A DNA stretch of 64,000 nucleotides, taken from NCBI GenBank assembly GCA_963792265.1, contig CAWBVP010000018.1, forward strand, positions 16,841 through 80,840, read 5' to 3'. Position 1 is the stretch's first letter; every line of letters starts with the position of its first letter. This document shows positions 1 through 9,057 of the stretch, piece after piece. The notes under the pieces are model-generated. The model saw only the letters and a list, made by a program, of their open reading frames with translations. It ran no database searches and was not told the DNA's origin. The translations under genes were made by a program, and so were the position numbers. Source of the stretch: an uncultured Gemmatimonadales bacterium (lineage in GTDB: Bacteria > Gemmatimonadota > Gemmatimonadetes > Gemmatimonadales > GWC2-71-9).

Positions 1-164
1 CGCAGGCTATCCCCCATCTGCTGAATGATTGAAGAGACGATCGGAAAGGCCATACCGCAGTAGGGACATTCGTAGTCGCCGTACTCCACGAGCGTGACGG
101 GAGCGTCGGCAGGGCCAATCACGTGGTCGCGGTCGCTGAGCGGGGGAACCAGTCGGGTACTCAT
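1..164 (-). CDS. DsbA-family thioredoxin-fold protein, N-terminal part only (runs off the window)
   Basis: The ATG at 164 overlaps the TGA of the upstream peroxiredoxin (ATGA). My translation is MSTRLVPPLSDRDHVIGPADAPVTLVEYGDYECPYCGMAFPIVSSIIQQMGDSL, which has a CPYC redox motif. The frame is open to position 1, so it is absent from the ORF track. Confidence 0.75.
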   Translation of the reverse strand, partial: MSTRLVPPLSDRDHVIGPADAPVTLVEYGDYECPYCGMAFPIVSSIIQQMGDSL

Positions 165-685
165 GACGCGGCTCCAAGATTGGCCGTTGGCGATGGCAGG
201 GCCTCGAGCGCAGCGAGAATACCATCGGCTCCGGGGTTCACATTGATGGGTGAGAGATAGCTCCAGCGGACCACGCCGTCTCGGTCGAGCACGAACAGCG
301 CCCGCTCGGAGAAGCCGTCCTCAGCCCGGTACGCGCCATAGGCACGAGACACGGCACCCTTGGGCTCGAAATCAGCGAGGAGAGGAAACTCCAGGTGCCG
401 CGCCTCCTCATAGGCGCGGTGGCACCAGACGCCGTCCACCGAGATGCCCACTACTTCGGCCTCATGGCGGCGGAATTCAGGGAGCAGCTCGTTGTAGAGA
501 GCCAGCTCGTCTCCACAAACCGGGCTCCAGTCGGCCGGATAGAATACCAGCACCACTGGCCGGCCTTTCAGATCAGACAATCTGAACCTGCTATCGGGGC
601 CGCTGGGCAAGGTGAAATCCGGGGCCTGGGTTCCAGCCGGAAGCGGCTTCGAGGAAGTCTCAGTCATATCATGGTCTCCGCTCAT
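161..685 (-). CDS. peroxiredoxin (AhpC/TSA family, Bcp/AhpE-like)
   Basis: 174-aa ORF. VLVFYPADWSPVCGDE...GISVD...FPLLADF...ALFVLDRDGVVR is the typical thiol-peroxidase core. Confidence 0.9.
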   Translation of the reverse strand: MSGDHDMTETSSKPLPAGTQAPDFTLPSGPDSRFRLSDLKGRPVVLVFYPADWSPVCGDELALYNELLPEFRRHEAEVVGISVDGVWCHRAYEEARHLEFPLLADFEPKGAVSRAYGAYRAEDGFSERALFVLDRDGVVRWSYLSPINVNPGADGILAALEALPSPTANLGAAS

Positions 686-1066
686 TGCTGAAGGCGCCCG
701 ATCGCGATCGTGCGCTCAAAGTGACCATCCACCCTATCACGCGCTGTCAGATAAACGCGAAGGGACCGCCGGAGAATAGGGTCTTTCCCCACGCGAGCCA
801 GTGCAATAACTGTCACGCCGCCGACCAGTTTTGGGCGCAGCGCAGTTCGCGTCAACGCTGGTCGGCTGCATGCCGCTGGACCCGTAATCTCACCCCGGCA
901 GGGTACTTGCTCGGGGTGACCCAAGTCTGCTGGTCACATCCCGGTAACGACGGTGCGCCGAGGGCTGCAGTCACCCGGCACGTCGCTTGCGCTTCCCCCC
1001 ACGAACTGCCTAAACCCATCGTCACCAATTTCTGTCATCCTGCGAACTGCCGGAGGGGATACGCGC

Positions 1067-2317
1067 ATGCTACCGACCCTCGATACCGTCCAGACCGCCC
1101 AGCCGGAACAGTGGAGCTGGATGCTGACCCAGCTGTGGAGCTGGATGTGGTCTGGGATGTCCTGGATTCTCGACCTCCAGAACCTGGTCTTCGGTTTCGT
1201 GTTCAGCGGCTCCGCCGGGCTCGCCGTGCTCAAGGCCACTCTGCTCCTGCTGCCGGTCGCCGTGCTCATCGTCAGCATGTGGGCCACGATGACCTCCCTC
1301 TACACCCTGCCGTTCCGGTCCGGCCGCGGCTACTTCCTGACCGCGCTGTTGATGTCGTGGTGGGATGTAGGCCGGATGATCTGGTTCTACTGGGCGGGCA
1401 TGGCGCAGTTTCTCTTCGTGTTTGCCGGCTGGATCTGGAGCGGTGTCCGGGCCTTCTTCCGGCTCCTGTGGAACGCGATCAAGGGTGCCCTGAACTCGCC
1501 CTTTGCGATCCTCGACTGGACCTCGCGCCGCTACTTCAAGCCCGGGGTGCCATGGCTGGCCTTCCTGCTGCTGATTCTGTGGTCCGCCATCGAGGCCACC
1601 ATCTTCACGTTCACGCTGCGTCCTACGATGAACGAGCTGCTGTCCGATCTGACCGGGTTCGAGCCCAATCCGGTCATGCTCTCGGCGTTGCTCTACATCT
1701 TCCTCTTCTTCCTGGTGGGCGGAAGCTTTGCCTGCGTGCAGGCACTGAACGACGCCATCAAGACCAAGAAGTACGGCACCATCATCTCGATGACCATCAT
1801 CGAGATCGTGGTCGCCGCGTTCGAAGTGCTCTTCCTCTATCGTGAGCTGGTCGACGCGATCACCCCGTGGATGGCCCAGCAAGGGTTCAACCTCGGCATC
1901 GTCGGCGTTCTGGGTCTCGCCTTCGCCGGCTGGCTTGGCGTCCGGGGCATGACCTGGTTCCTCTTCGGCCGCTACGGCACCCCGGCGCTGATCGCGGTGC
2001 TGGCCCGGGAGACCATCAGCCACGGCAGCTCGGTGGACATCGCTCCGCCCAAGCAGCCCGACTTCTGGAAGGCTCCGATCACGGCCCTCAAGGCCGAGAT
2101 CGAATGGTTCAAGGCCGAAGCTCGCGAGATGTTCGAGCTGATCACCCTCCCGGTGCTGCAGCTGATGGCCTCGGGGTTCAACTTCTGGCTGGTGGTGCTG
2201 CTGGGGCGGCCGCACTTCACCCTGCCGTTCCGCTCCCTGGAAGAGGTGCTGTCGGCAACGCCGCTCAGCATCGAGCGGAAGGCTACCGGCCGTACGGCGT
2301 CGCAGGTGGCCGCATGA
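1067..2317 (+). CDS. Trp-rich polytopic membrane protein, unknown function
   Basis: In-frame ATG at 1067 is preceded by GGAGGGGA. There are many hydrophobic segments. I recognise no family. Confidence 0.6.
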   Translation: MLPTLDTVQTAQPEQWSWMLTQLWSWMWSGMSWILDLQNLVFGFVFSGSAGLAVLKATLLLLPVAVLIVSMWATMTSLYTLPFRSGRGYFLTALLMSWWDVGRMIWFYWAGMAQFLFVFAGWIWSGVRAFFRLLWNAIKGALNSPFAILDWTSRRYFKPGVPWLAFLLLILWSAIEATIFTFTLRPTMNELLSDLTGFEPNPVMLSALLYIFLFFLVGGSFACVQALNDAIKTKKYGTIISMTIIEIVVAAFEVLFLYRELVDAITPWMAQQGFNLGIVGVLGLAFAGWLGVRGMTWFLFGRYGTPALIAVLARETISHGSSVDIAPPKQPDFWKAPITALKAEIEWFKAEAREMFELITLPVLQLMASGFNFWLVVLLGRPHFTLPFRSLEEVLSATPLSIERKATGRTASQVAA

Positions 2318-3060
2318 AGCGCGCGCTTCTCGTCGCGGCCCTCGCCGCGCTGACTCTCGGGTGTCAGATGCCCAAGGACGGGCCGCCGCCCAAATCCACG
2401 CTGGTGATCGGCCTGGACGTCTCCGGCTCGTTCCGCAAGGGCGAGCACTACGAGGATGCGATCGACTTCGCGTCGCTCTACATCTATGCCCACATGAAGG
2501 GATTCCGGGAGCTGCGCCAGCCCACCGAAGTGTTCATCGGCACGATGGGTGGACAGAAGACCGGCGAGGCCAAGACCTTTCATCCGATCCAGGATCTCAC
2601 CGGCAAATCGCCCTCCCAGATTGCGGCCAGCCTCAAGGCCTGGTTCCCGGAGGACGACCCGATCACCGATTTCAACGCTTTCTTCGAGCGGGTGGCGGTG
2701 CACGTGCAGCGGCAGAATCTGGGTCTCCAGCCGCTCAGCATCGTGATGTTCTCCGATGGGATCCCTGACATGCCGGGGGTCAAGGGCGACGACCTCTACC
2801 GCCGCATCAATGTCACTCCTCTGGAGTACATCTCCCGGAGCGTGACCGTGCGGCTGCTCTATGCTTCGCCCCGGGTAGCCCAGCGCTGGGAAAAGCTGGT
2901 GCCCCGGAAGCGGGTGCGGCTCTGGACTCAGGACGCGGACGTGATGGCCGGCTGGCGCCGTCAATTCGTGCCGACCGCCAGGATGGAGCAGCAGGACTCG
3001 CTCTGGTCCTGGATGCAGAATATCGTGGACTTCCGGGTGAGACGGGGGAAAGTGATCTAA
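2314..3060 (+). CDS. lipoprotein with VWA-like (MIDAS DxSGS) domain
   Basis: ATGA overlap with the previous gene. MKRALLVAALAALTLGC is a lipobox. VIGLDVSGSF ... MFSDGIPD resembles a von Willebrand A fold. Confidence 0.6.
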   Translation: MKRALLVAALAALTLGCQMPKDGPPPKSTLVIGLDVSGSFRKGEHYEDAIDFASLYIYAHMKGFRELRQPTEVFIGTMGGQKTGEAKTFHPIQDLTGKSPSQIAASLKAWFPEDDPITDFNAFFERVAVHVQRQNLGLQPLSIVMFSDGIPDMPGVKGDDLYRRINVTPLEYISRSVTVRLLYASPRVAQRWEKLVPRKRVRLWTQDADVMAGWRRQFVPTARMEQQDSLWSWMQNIVDFRVRRGKVI

Positions 3061-3084
3061 CAACGATCCATCCGGAAACAACGG

Positions 3085-3116
3085 CGCGCCGGCGAAGAGC
3101 CGGCGCGTTCGTTTTC
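3085..3116. terminator. GC-rich hairpin plus T-tract between convergent genes
   Basis: CGCGCCGGC-gaaga-GCCGGCGCG followed by TTCGTTTTC. Confidence 0.65.
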
Positions 3117-3130
3117 AGGTCCAACCAGCG

Positions 3131-3616
3131 CTAGAAGCGACGCTCGAGGAGATCATCCCGCACCGCGAATCCGTGCCGCTGGTACAGTGAGCGGCTGAGC
3201 TCCGTGGGCCAGAGGAAAACGGCATCGATGGCTTCGGCCTCGCACCGGGCCAGGCAGGCAGCCAGGAGGGCGGAGCCGATCCCGGCGCCGCGCCGGTCAG
3301 CCGTGACATACACACTGCTGATATAACCGTGGTATCCGAGGTGCCCAACCGGGTTGGGTAACTTCTCGATCCGTTGGAGCCAGACGGTTCCCACCACGGC
3401 GCCGCCGGAATCGGCCACCCAGCAGCGCCATGCTCCCCCGGGCGCGAGCTGAGCAGCCATCCACTCGGCGCAGCGCTCCATGAAGCGCTCTTTCGCCTCC
3501 ACCGCCGGGTCCAACTCAGTCCTGAATTCGTAGCGGAGCCGCGCCAGGTCGGCCGCATCCGCCGGCGTTGCCGGCCGGATCAGGAACGCCGGCGTGCTCA
3601 AGGGGCCACTTGGCAC
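3131..3616 (-). CDS. GNAT family N-acetyltransferase
   Basis: VGTVWLQRIEKLPNP...YISSVYVTADRRGAGIGSALL...LYQRHGF is the acetyl-CoA binding motif region. The start is uncertain: in-frame GTG 3616, TTG 3601 or ATG 3673. Confidence 0.8.
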   Translation of the reverse strand: MPSGPLSTPAFLIRPATPADAADLARLRYEFRTELDPAVEAKERFMERCAEWMAAQLAPGGAWRCWVADSGGAVVGTVWLQRIEKLPNPVGHLGYHGYISSVYVTADRRGAGIGSALLAACLARCEAEAIDAVFLWPTELSRSLYQRHGFAVRDDLLERRF

Positions 3617-3774
3617 CGGTAGCCCCTGATGTCTGGTAGAATGCGTTGACGCTGGTACTGCAACTCCGCGCACTCCCGCTCTAACACATGACGACGCTGC
3701 GACTTTAGCTCAACCCGTTGGCGGGCGCATGAGTTGCGGTAGGAATCGGTCTCCGGTATTCCGAGGACTTGTCC

Positions 3775-4386
3775 ATGCGCCCCCTGCTGCTGGCTCTCCC
3801 GATATCCGTCATTTTGCTCGCGAGTAAACCCTGCTCCGCGCAGACCCTCTCGTCCCGGCCGGCCATCTTCACCGATCCCTCACTGGGAAACGATCCCAGT
3901 TACGGGGAGCTGGTCCTGGGACAGACCACGCTCATCTCGGCGCTCCGGATCTTCGCGGTGGAGCTGCAGGACAGCGTTTACTTGCCGCTGGGACATGGCA
4001 GCAATCCGGACACCGTCGGGGCCAATAGTCAGCTTCCCGGGGGCCTGAATGTCCGACCCCGCTACCGGCTCGAGATCGGAGCCGGCCATTACACTCTTTA
4101 CTTCGATCGGCACGAGCGGCTGGTGGCCGCCATCACCGATCGGTCTCAGCTTCCGCGTGCCCTCCGGCGGGATGAGCTGGTCGCTCGCTACCCCACCTTG
4201 ACCGTCGCCCATGTGGGCCGGACTGCTGAGGGTGCGTGGATCATGGATGACCTCGCCGCTCCACTCGCGCCCTGCGTCTCCCTGGTGGCGGACGTATGGC
4301 GCCGGGACAAGGGAATGGTCAGCTCCATCGGCTACATCTACACCTGCGCCACCCCGCCGTCGCCCCGGAAAGCGCTCGACCCCTAG
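3775..4386 (+). CDS. secreted hypothetical protein
   Basis: MRPLLLALPISVILLASKPCSAQ looks like a signal peptide. No family recognised. Confidence 0.5.
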   Translation: MRPLLLALPISVILLASKPCSAQTLSSRPAIFTDPSLGNDPSYGELVLGQTTLISALRIFAVELQDSVYLPLGHGSNPDTVGANSQLPGGLNVRPRYRLEIGAGHYTLYFDRHERLVAAITDRSQLPRALRRDELVARYPTLTVAHVGRTAEGAWIMDDLAAPLAPCVSLVADVWRRDKGMVSSIGYIYTCATPPSPRKALDP

Positions 4387-4393
4387 CTTCGGC

Positions 4394-4606
4394 TCACTCT
4401 TCGTCGAGGGTAAACCCGATCTTGAGCGTCACCTGCCAGTGGGCCACCTTCCCCTTTTCGATGTGGCCTCGGGTGTCCAGCACCTCGAACCAGCGAAGGT
4501 TACGCACCGTTTCAGCCGCCTTGCCGATGGCCTTTTGAACGGCATCCTCCATCCCACGGCTGGAGGAACCGACCAGCTCGATGGTCTTGTAAACGTGGTC
4601 CGGCAT
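4394..4606 (-). CDS. dodecin family flavin-binding protein
   Basis: [65 protein letters not shown] is a close match to the dodecin consensus. AGGAGA lies upstream of the ATG at 4606. Confidence 0.85.
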   Translation of the reverse strand: MPDHVYKTIELVGSSSRGMEDAVQKAIGKAAETVRNLRWFEVLDTRGHIEKGKVAHWQVTLKIGFTLDEE

Positions 4607-5060
4607 CCAGTCTCCTGGGAAGGGAAGTCCCAAAATAGCACCACACTGCCCCCTCAGTGGGTCATTAAGTCCCCCCAGTATGCCGAAAGGGGCCATGGGC
4701 GGCGCGAAACGGTACCCATTGCCAGCCCCCAGGTGCGGTACACTGCTTGCAACCTTTCTGCCTCCGGAGGCGTCAAGCCCCTACATGGGGGGTGGGCCTC
4801 GGAGAGGAGCAGGAGCAGTCGTGTTCAGTTGCGATTACAACGGGTGGGCAGACGTGCCGGAAGAGGAGCGCGAGGGGATCGATGCCTTCGAAGCTGCCCC
4901 GGTTCCACCTCGTGCCGCGGTAAAGGTAACCCTCGCCCTGGCTCGTTCACTCCCCGGTTCCCCCGCGTCGCCCCAGCGAAAGGCTGCCTAGCTTTCTCCC
5001 TTCCTCGTGCCAGCCTGGCGCCAGTCATAGTGCCGAGCGGCCGCTAGATTATCCATCAAT

Positions 5061-5795
5061 ATGCCAACCCGCTCGCGCTCCTGGCCGCGGAGAACTCTCC
5101 GCAAGGCCTCGCACTGGCTGGCCTACCAATTCCGGGTACTGCGACGCCCTGTCATCACCATCGAGGGAGTCCAGCTCCGGGTGGGGCGCCACATGTCTCG
5201 GCGGGTCGAGCGAGCTCTGTCGAAAGGCGGCTACGTGCGGCAGGAGCTTCAGCTCATCGGAGCGCTACTGGAGCTGGACGATGTGGTGCTGGAAGTCGGG
5301 GCCGGCCTGGGCCTGGTCTCCACCTACTGCGCCAAGCGGCTGGGATCGAACCGGGTCTTTGCATTCGAGGCTGACCCGGACCTCGAACCTTGCATCCGGG
5401 AAACCTACGATTTGAACGGTGTCGAGCCTCACCTGGATATGTGCGCGGTGGGAGCGCGAGCCGGCCGGGTTACCATCTTCCGCGATAAACATCTGGTCTC
5501 CTCGTCGGTCGGCCGCCGCCGAGGCGGCACCCGGCCGGTGGAGGTTCCGGGCAAGGCGCTGAACTACGTGGTCCACCGCTATCAGCCTACGCTGCTCATC
5601 ATCGATGCCGAGGGTGCGGAGCGCGACCTCTTCCAAGGGGCCCAGCTACCCAGCGTGACCAAAATCGTTCTGGAGCTGCACGAGCAGGTGATCGGCACCC
5701 AGGGAACCGACCGGGTCCACGCCATGCTGAACCGGCTGGGGTACCGGGAGGAGCTCGGCCTGTCGACCAGCGAGCATCTGGTGCTAAGGAAGTGA
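5061..5795 (+). CDS. FkbM-family SAM-dependent methyltransferase
   Basis: VLEVGAGLGLVSTYCAKRLG...VFAFEADP is SAM motif I. The overall length fits FkbM-type enzymes. Confidence 0.65.
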   Translation: MPTRSRSWPRRTLRKASHWLAYQFRVLRRPVITIEGVQLRVGRHMSRRVERALSKGGYVRQELQLIGALLELDDVVLEVGAGLGLVSTYCAKRLGSNRVFAFEADPDLEPCIRETYDLNGVEPHLDMCAVGARAGRVTIFRDKHLVSSSVGRRRGGTRPVEVPGKALNYVVHRYQPTLLIIDAEGAERDLFQGAQLPSVTKIVLELHEQVIGTQGTDRVHAMLNRLGYREELGLSTSEHLVLRK

Positions 5796-6141
5796 TCTCG
5801 GCGGACCTCCGGGGAGAATCCCCTGGTTCCCACCGGTGCTCCCGCCATTAGGATTCAGGCATGCGACCCCGCTCACTGTCCGGAACCTCCACCCCATCAA
5901 TATTGTTGGCAGGGGCATGACCACCCTCCTAAGCCGGCCGGTCACCGAAGGCGACCATAGCCGGGGCCCCGCCGGTGCTCCGGTGCCCGGTTTCACATGG
6001 AGCTCGCCACCGGAGCGTACCAGGAGCGGGCCTGAGCGGCGCCAGCCTCGATGGTTTACTCGAAGCCCTTCGCACCGCCGCCGCGGAGGCCACTCGCCCC
6101 GCGCGACGCGGTGTCACCCTTCCGAGAGGAGTACCCCGATA

Positions 6142-6715
6142 ATGCAGAAGACGGCCGAACCGCCAGCCCGGCAGCAAGCCTCACGTTCCCAGCGTGAGTC
6201 CCAGACCACCCGGCTGTTCCCGACCAAGAACGACCTCCCGGTGGAGACCCGGGCCAAGGTCGCCGAGCTGCTCAACCGGCGGCTCGCCGATTGCATCGAT
6301 CTCCAGACCCAGTGCAAGCAGGCCCACTGGAACGTGAAGGGTCCTCAGTTCATCGCCCTGCACAAGCTGTTCGACGAAGTCAACGAGGCCGTGGAAGAGT
6401 ACGTCGATCTGCTGGCCGAGCGGGTGGTCCAGCTCGGCGGAGTGGCCGAAGGCACCGCTCGCACCGTCGCCGGACGCACGACCATCCCGGAATATCCCCT
6501 CCATATCGCGGCCGGGCTGGAGCACGTGGACGCGCTCTCGACCGCGCTGGCCGCGTTCGGGGCCTCCGCCCGGCAGGCGATCGAGGACCTGGACGAGTTG
6601 AAGGACGCCGACAGCTCAAGACATTCTGACCGAGATCTCCCGCGGCGTGGACAAGTGGCTCTGGTTCGTGGAGGCCCACCTGCAGGGTCCGCAGGGGGGA
6701 AACGGCCGCCGATGA
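6142..6715 (+). pseudogene. dps: Dps (DNA protection during starvation protein), one frameshift near 6613
   Basis: The core reads RLADCIDLQTQCKQAHWNVKGPQFIALHKLFDE. The conserved C-terminus DILTEISRGVDKWLWFVEAHLQ is in the +1 frame after ...DADSS. The long N-terminal ORF extension (5836-6141) is not credible. Confidence 0.85.
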
Positions 6716-6741
6716 TTACGCCGGCCCTCAGGGCCGGCTTA

Positions 6742-7170
6742 CTAAACGGTCAATCCAGATGGGGCTGAACGGCGCGCGAACCGCGCCGTTTTTGCGTCCG
6801 GTCCTTCCTCCGATTGATCCACCGTGGGGTCCAACAGGCGGCGAACCACGTCCCGGAGGTCGTCCGCCAGGAACGGCTTCCACAGCACCGGCCCGGGAAG
6901 ATCCGAGAGACCGTGTCCTCCGGTGACGAACAGCACCCGTGGGGCCGGGGCGCGAATGGCCAGACGTCTCGCCAACTCGACCCCATCCATGCCCGGCATG
7001 AGGACATCGGTGACGACCAGATCGATCGGGGGAGCGCCGAGGTCAAACAGGGCCAGCGCCCCGAAGCCGTCACCCGCGACGAACACGCGATAGCCGTCCT
7101 CAGCAATCACTCGCGCTACGTACCGGCGCAGCAGCTCCTCGTCATCCACCACCAGAATCGAGCGTTCCAT
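6742..7170 (-). CDS. single-domain response regulator (CheY-like receiver)
   Basis: MERSILVVDDEELLRRYVARVIAEDGYRVFVAGDGFGAL...DLVVTDVLMPGMDG. The C-terminal approx 25 aa read through the dps terminator and may not be real. Confidence 0.8.
   Translation of the reverse strand: MERSILVVDDEELLRRYVARVIAEDGYRVFVAGDGFGALALFDLGAPPIDLVVTDVLMPGMDGVELARRLAIRAPAPRVLFVTGGHGLSDLPGPVLWKPFLADDLRDVVRRLLDPTVDQSEEGPDAKTARFARRSAPSGLTV
6768..6793 (+). terminator. intrinsic terminator downstream of dps
   Basis: AACGGCGCG-cgaac-CGCGCCGTT followed by TTTTT. A second small hairpin CCGGCCC-tca-GGGCCGG lies at 6721-6737. Confidence 0.7.
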
Positions 7171-7178
7171 GCCAACCA

Positions 7179-7338
7179 GTGAGAGGTGAGAGGTGAGAGG
7201 TGAGAGGTGAGTGAGGGTGAGCTCTCGGCGCATTCGGGATCAAAGGGGATACGGTCGGTCGGCAAAACGTTGGGCGGGAGCAATCACCTCTCACCTCTCA
7301 CCTCTCACCTCTCACCTCTCACCTCTCACCTCCCACTC
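7179..7338. repeat. inverted heptamer arrays: (GTGAGAG)n left arm, 62-bp spacer, (TCACCTC)7 right arm
   Basis: Read directly. 7179-7221 is GTGAGAG x4, then GTGAGTG, then AGGGTGAG. 7284-7332 is TCACCTC x7. Confidence 0.95.
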
Positions 7339-8237
7339 ATATCCACCACATTGTCCGACCAGGTCCCGTAGGCCAGCACCATCGTCCTCGCACGATAGCC
7401 CGGCGCCGTCACCCGCACGATCTGGCTGTGACACCGGTCCACCAGTTTGGGGTCGAAGCGGAGCCGGTAGTGGCCGGCGTCGTCGGCGAAGGTGGCGGAG
7501 CCGGTGCCGAGGAGTTGAAGGAAAGCACCGGGAACCGGCTGGCCATCGTGCTCGTTGCGCACCACTCCCTCGACCACCCCGTTCTCTGGACCGCCCCCGT
7601 CTGAGCCGGCGTCGTCTCCGTCCCAACTGCAGTGGGACCCGCCGCCCATCAGTGCCACCGGCCGGCCGGCCTGAACCGGGCCCGCCAGAGGCGCGTCCGT
7701 GGGCCCTTGCTTGGGGCCGAAGATGCGGCGAGCCTCGAGCACCATTGCGTCCTCGACCACCTCGCGGCGCTCCGGGGCCTCGGTCCTGGCTTCTGCTTTG
7801 GCCGGCCTCCGCTCCGGACTCATCGCGGCCGGATCATCGTTCTCGGGTGCCTTCGCGGTGGTGATCGGCGCCGGGAGCGGAGACTCCGGTGTCTTCGGCG
7901 GGGCCGCCTGAGCGGGCTTCGGAGCAGGGCGGGGTAGATGTGCTCTGGGTTTGGCCGCCACCGGCTTGGGCGGCACGTACATCATGGTGACTGCAACCGG
8001 CGTGGAATTTTGCTGTGGTCTATTTCCTGAGGGAGAGTGAGCGGGCCGAGTGGAGAACAGGAGCAACCCGATCACCAGAAGATGAAGACCTGCGCTCGCG
8101 ATCCCGGTCCGGAGGTTGAACCGGTATTTCGTGAGCGTCTCCCAGGCGCGAAAATACTGCGGCCGCTGGGGTCCCTGGCCCGCGGAGCGGGTGCGAGCAT
8201 TGAGGCCAAGGCCCAGAGGCCGGGTTCGACCGAACAC
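7326..8237 (-). CDS. membrane-anchored proline-rich protein with C-terminal carboxypeptidase-regulatory-like domain
   Basis: One TM segment (GLHLLVIGLLLF), a Pro/Ala-rich linker, then VVEGVVRNEHDGQPVPGAFLQLLGTGSATFADDAGHYRLRF. The stop and last codons lie inside the heptamer array. Confidence 0.6.
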   Translation of the reverse strand: MFGRTRPLGLGLNARTRSAGQGPQRPQYFRAWETLTKYRFNLRTGIASAGLHLLVIGLLLFSTRPAHSPSGNRPQQNSTPVAVTMMYVPPKPVAAKPRAHLPRPAPKPAQAAPPKTPESPLPAPITTAKAPENDDPAAMSPERRPAKAEARTEAPERREVVEDAMVLEARRIFGPKQGPTDAPLAGPVQAGRPVALMGGGSHCSWDGDDAGSDGGGPENGVVEGVVRNEHDGQPVPGAFLQLLGTGSATFADDAGHYRLRFDPKLVDRCHSQIVRVTAPGYRARTMVLAYGTWSDNVVDMSGR

Positions 8238-8239
8238 TC

Positions 8240-8770
8240 TTACCGCTTACTCCACTGCGCCCGTTCCGCTTTGTCCCGATTGTCTTTCCACTTCTTGTAT
8301 TGCTTCTGCTGGTCCTTGCTCAAAATGTCCTTCAATCCGTTATCGAAGGTCTCGTCCTGCTTGGCCAGCTCCTTCGACTGCTGGTCCATTCGATCCCGCT
8401 GGTCCCGGGCGGCCGAGCGATCGCCGCTCTCGAAAGCAGCCCGCATGGTTTGCACCTCGCTCCGGAGACTGTCGCGGGTGACCTTGGTGTTGGCCATGTA
8501 ATTCTGATACCGGCGGGTGTAGGTCTGGAGTGGAGTGCCATTCAGCCCGATCGAGTCTCGCATCACGTCGGGAGCTGCCGGGCCTTCGATGGTCTCCGAC
8601 GAGAGCATCCGGGAGCCACCCCCGTGGGAGCCCATGTGGCGGCCGTACCCGCCTCCCGCCCGCATGCCTGGATTCCCCGGGCCGTATCCGCCAGGCGAGC
8701 TTTGAGCCAGCGACGTGCTCACGAGACCAGTCCCCAGGATCAAGAAAAAGCCTATGGTAGTCAAAGACAT
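8240..8770 (-). CDS. secreted protein, possibly a Spy/CpxP-like (LTXXQ-type) periplasmic protein
   Basis: Signal peptide MSLTTIGFFLILGTGLVSTSLAQ. The C-terminal half is helical and charged, with LSKDQQKQY. Confidence 0.45.
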   Translation of the reverse strand: MSLTTIGFFLILGTGLVSTSLAQSSPGGYGPGNPGMRAGGGYGRHMGSHGGGSRMLSSETIEGPAAPDVMRDSIGLNGTPLQTYTRRYQNYMANTKVTRDSLRSEVQTMRAAFESGDRSAARDQRDRMDQQSKELAKQDETFDNGLKDILSKDQQKQYKKWKDNRDKAERAQWSKR

Positions 8771-9057
8771 AAATGCACTCCGATCGGGCGGTTGGATGAT
8801 TGATAGCTCTGGCTGAGATACGGCCCGCAGGGTCGGTCCGTTGGCAGCCAGGCGTTGCTGCGCGCCCGCGACCGGAGCATTCTCCAGAACATGAAGATTG
8901 CTTTGGCACTGGGAAACTATCACCCGATTGGCGTGGCCCGCAAAGCCGTGTTGCCCAACGAAACAGCGGCTGTTGCGTATATCAGGTCGAGAGGGCCGGA
9001 CCGACCGAGCCACCGCGAGGAATTGGAGATTCGACTCAGAGGCACCGGCGGACCGCC

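Noticed and set aside
4607-4800. FMN riboswitch in the dodecin leader.
   Set aside because: I could not find the conserved RFN-element core. The only feature is a short palindrome.
5836-6141. N-terminal 100-aa extension of the Dps ORF.
   Set aside because: It is Arg/Pro/Ser-rich and non-protein-like. Dps homology starts at the ATG at 6142.
6742-6800. Whether the response-regulator ORF should be shortened, because its last approx 25 codons run through the dps terminator hairpin.
   Set aside because: No in-frame stop exists earlier, and I cannot place an indel. The ORF end is kept and the tail flagged as doubtful.
7211-7864. 217-aa plus-strand ORF containing LSPLTSHLSPLTSHLSPLTSH.
   Set aside because: That peptide is simply the translated heptamer array. 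The rest is Arg/Pro-rich antisense of the 7326..8237 gene.
8771-9057. ECF-type promoter (GGAAC...CGT) in the divergent region upstream of the sigma gene, and similarly at 15196-15312.
   Set aside because: Candidate AAC/CGT pairs had spacings of roughly 11, 14 and 23 nt, outside the usual range. None was convincing enough to annotate.
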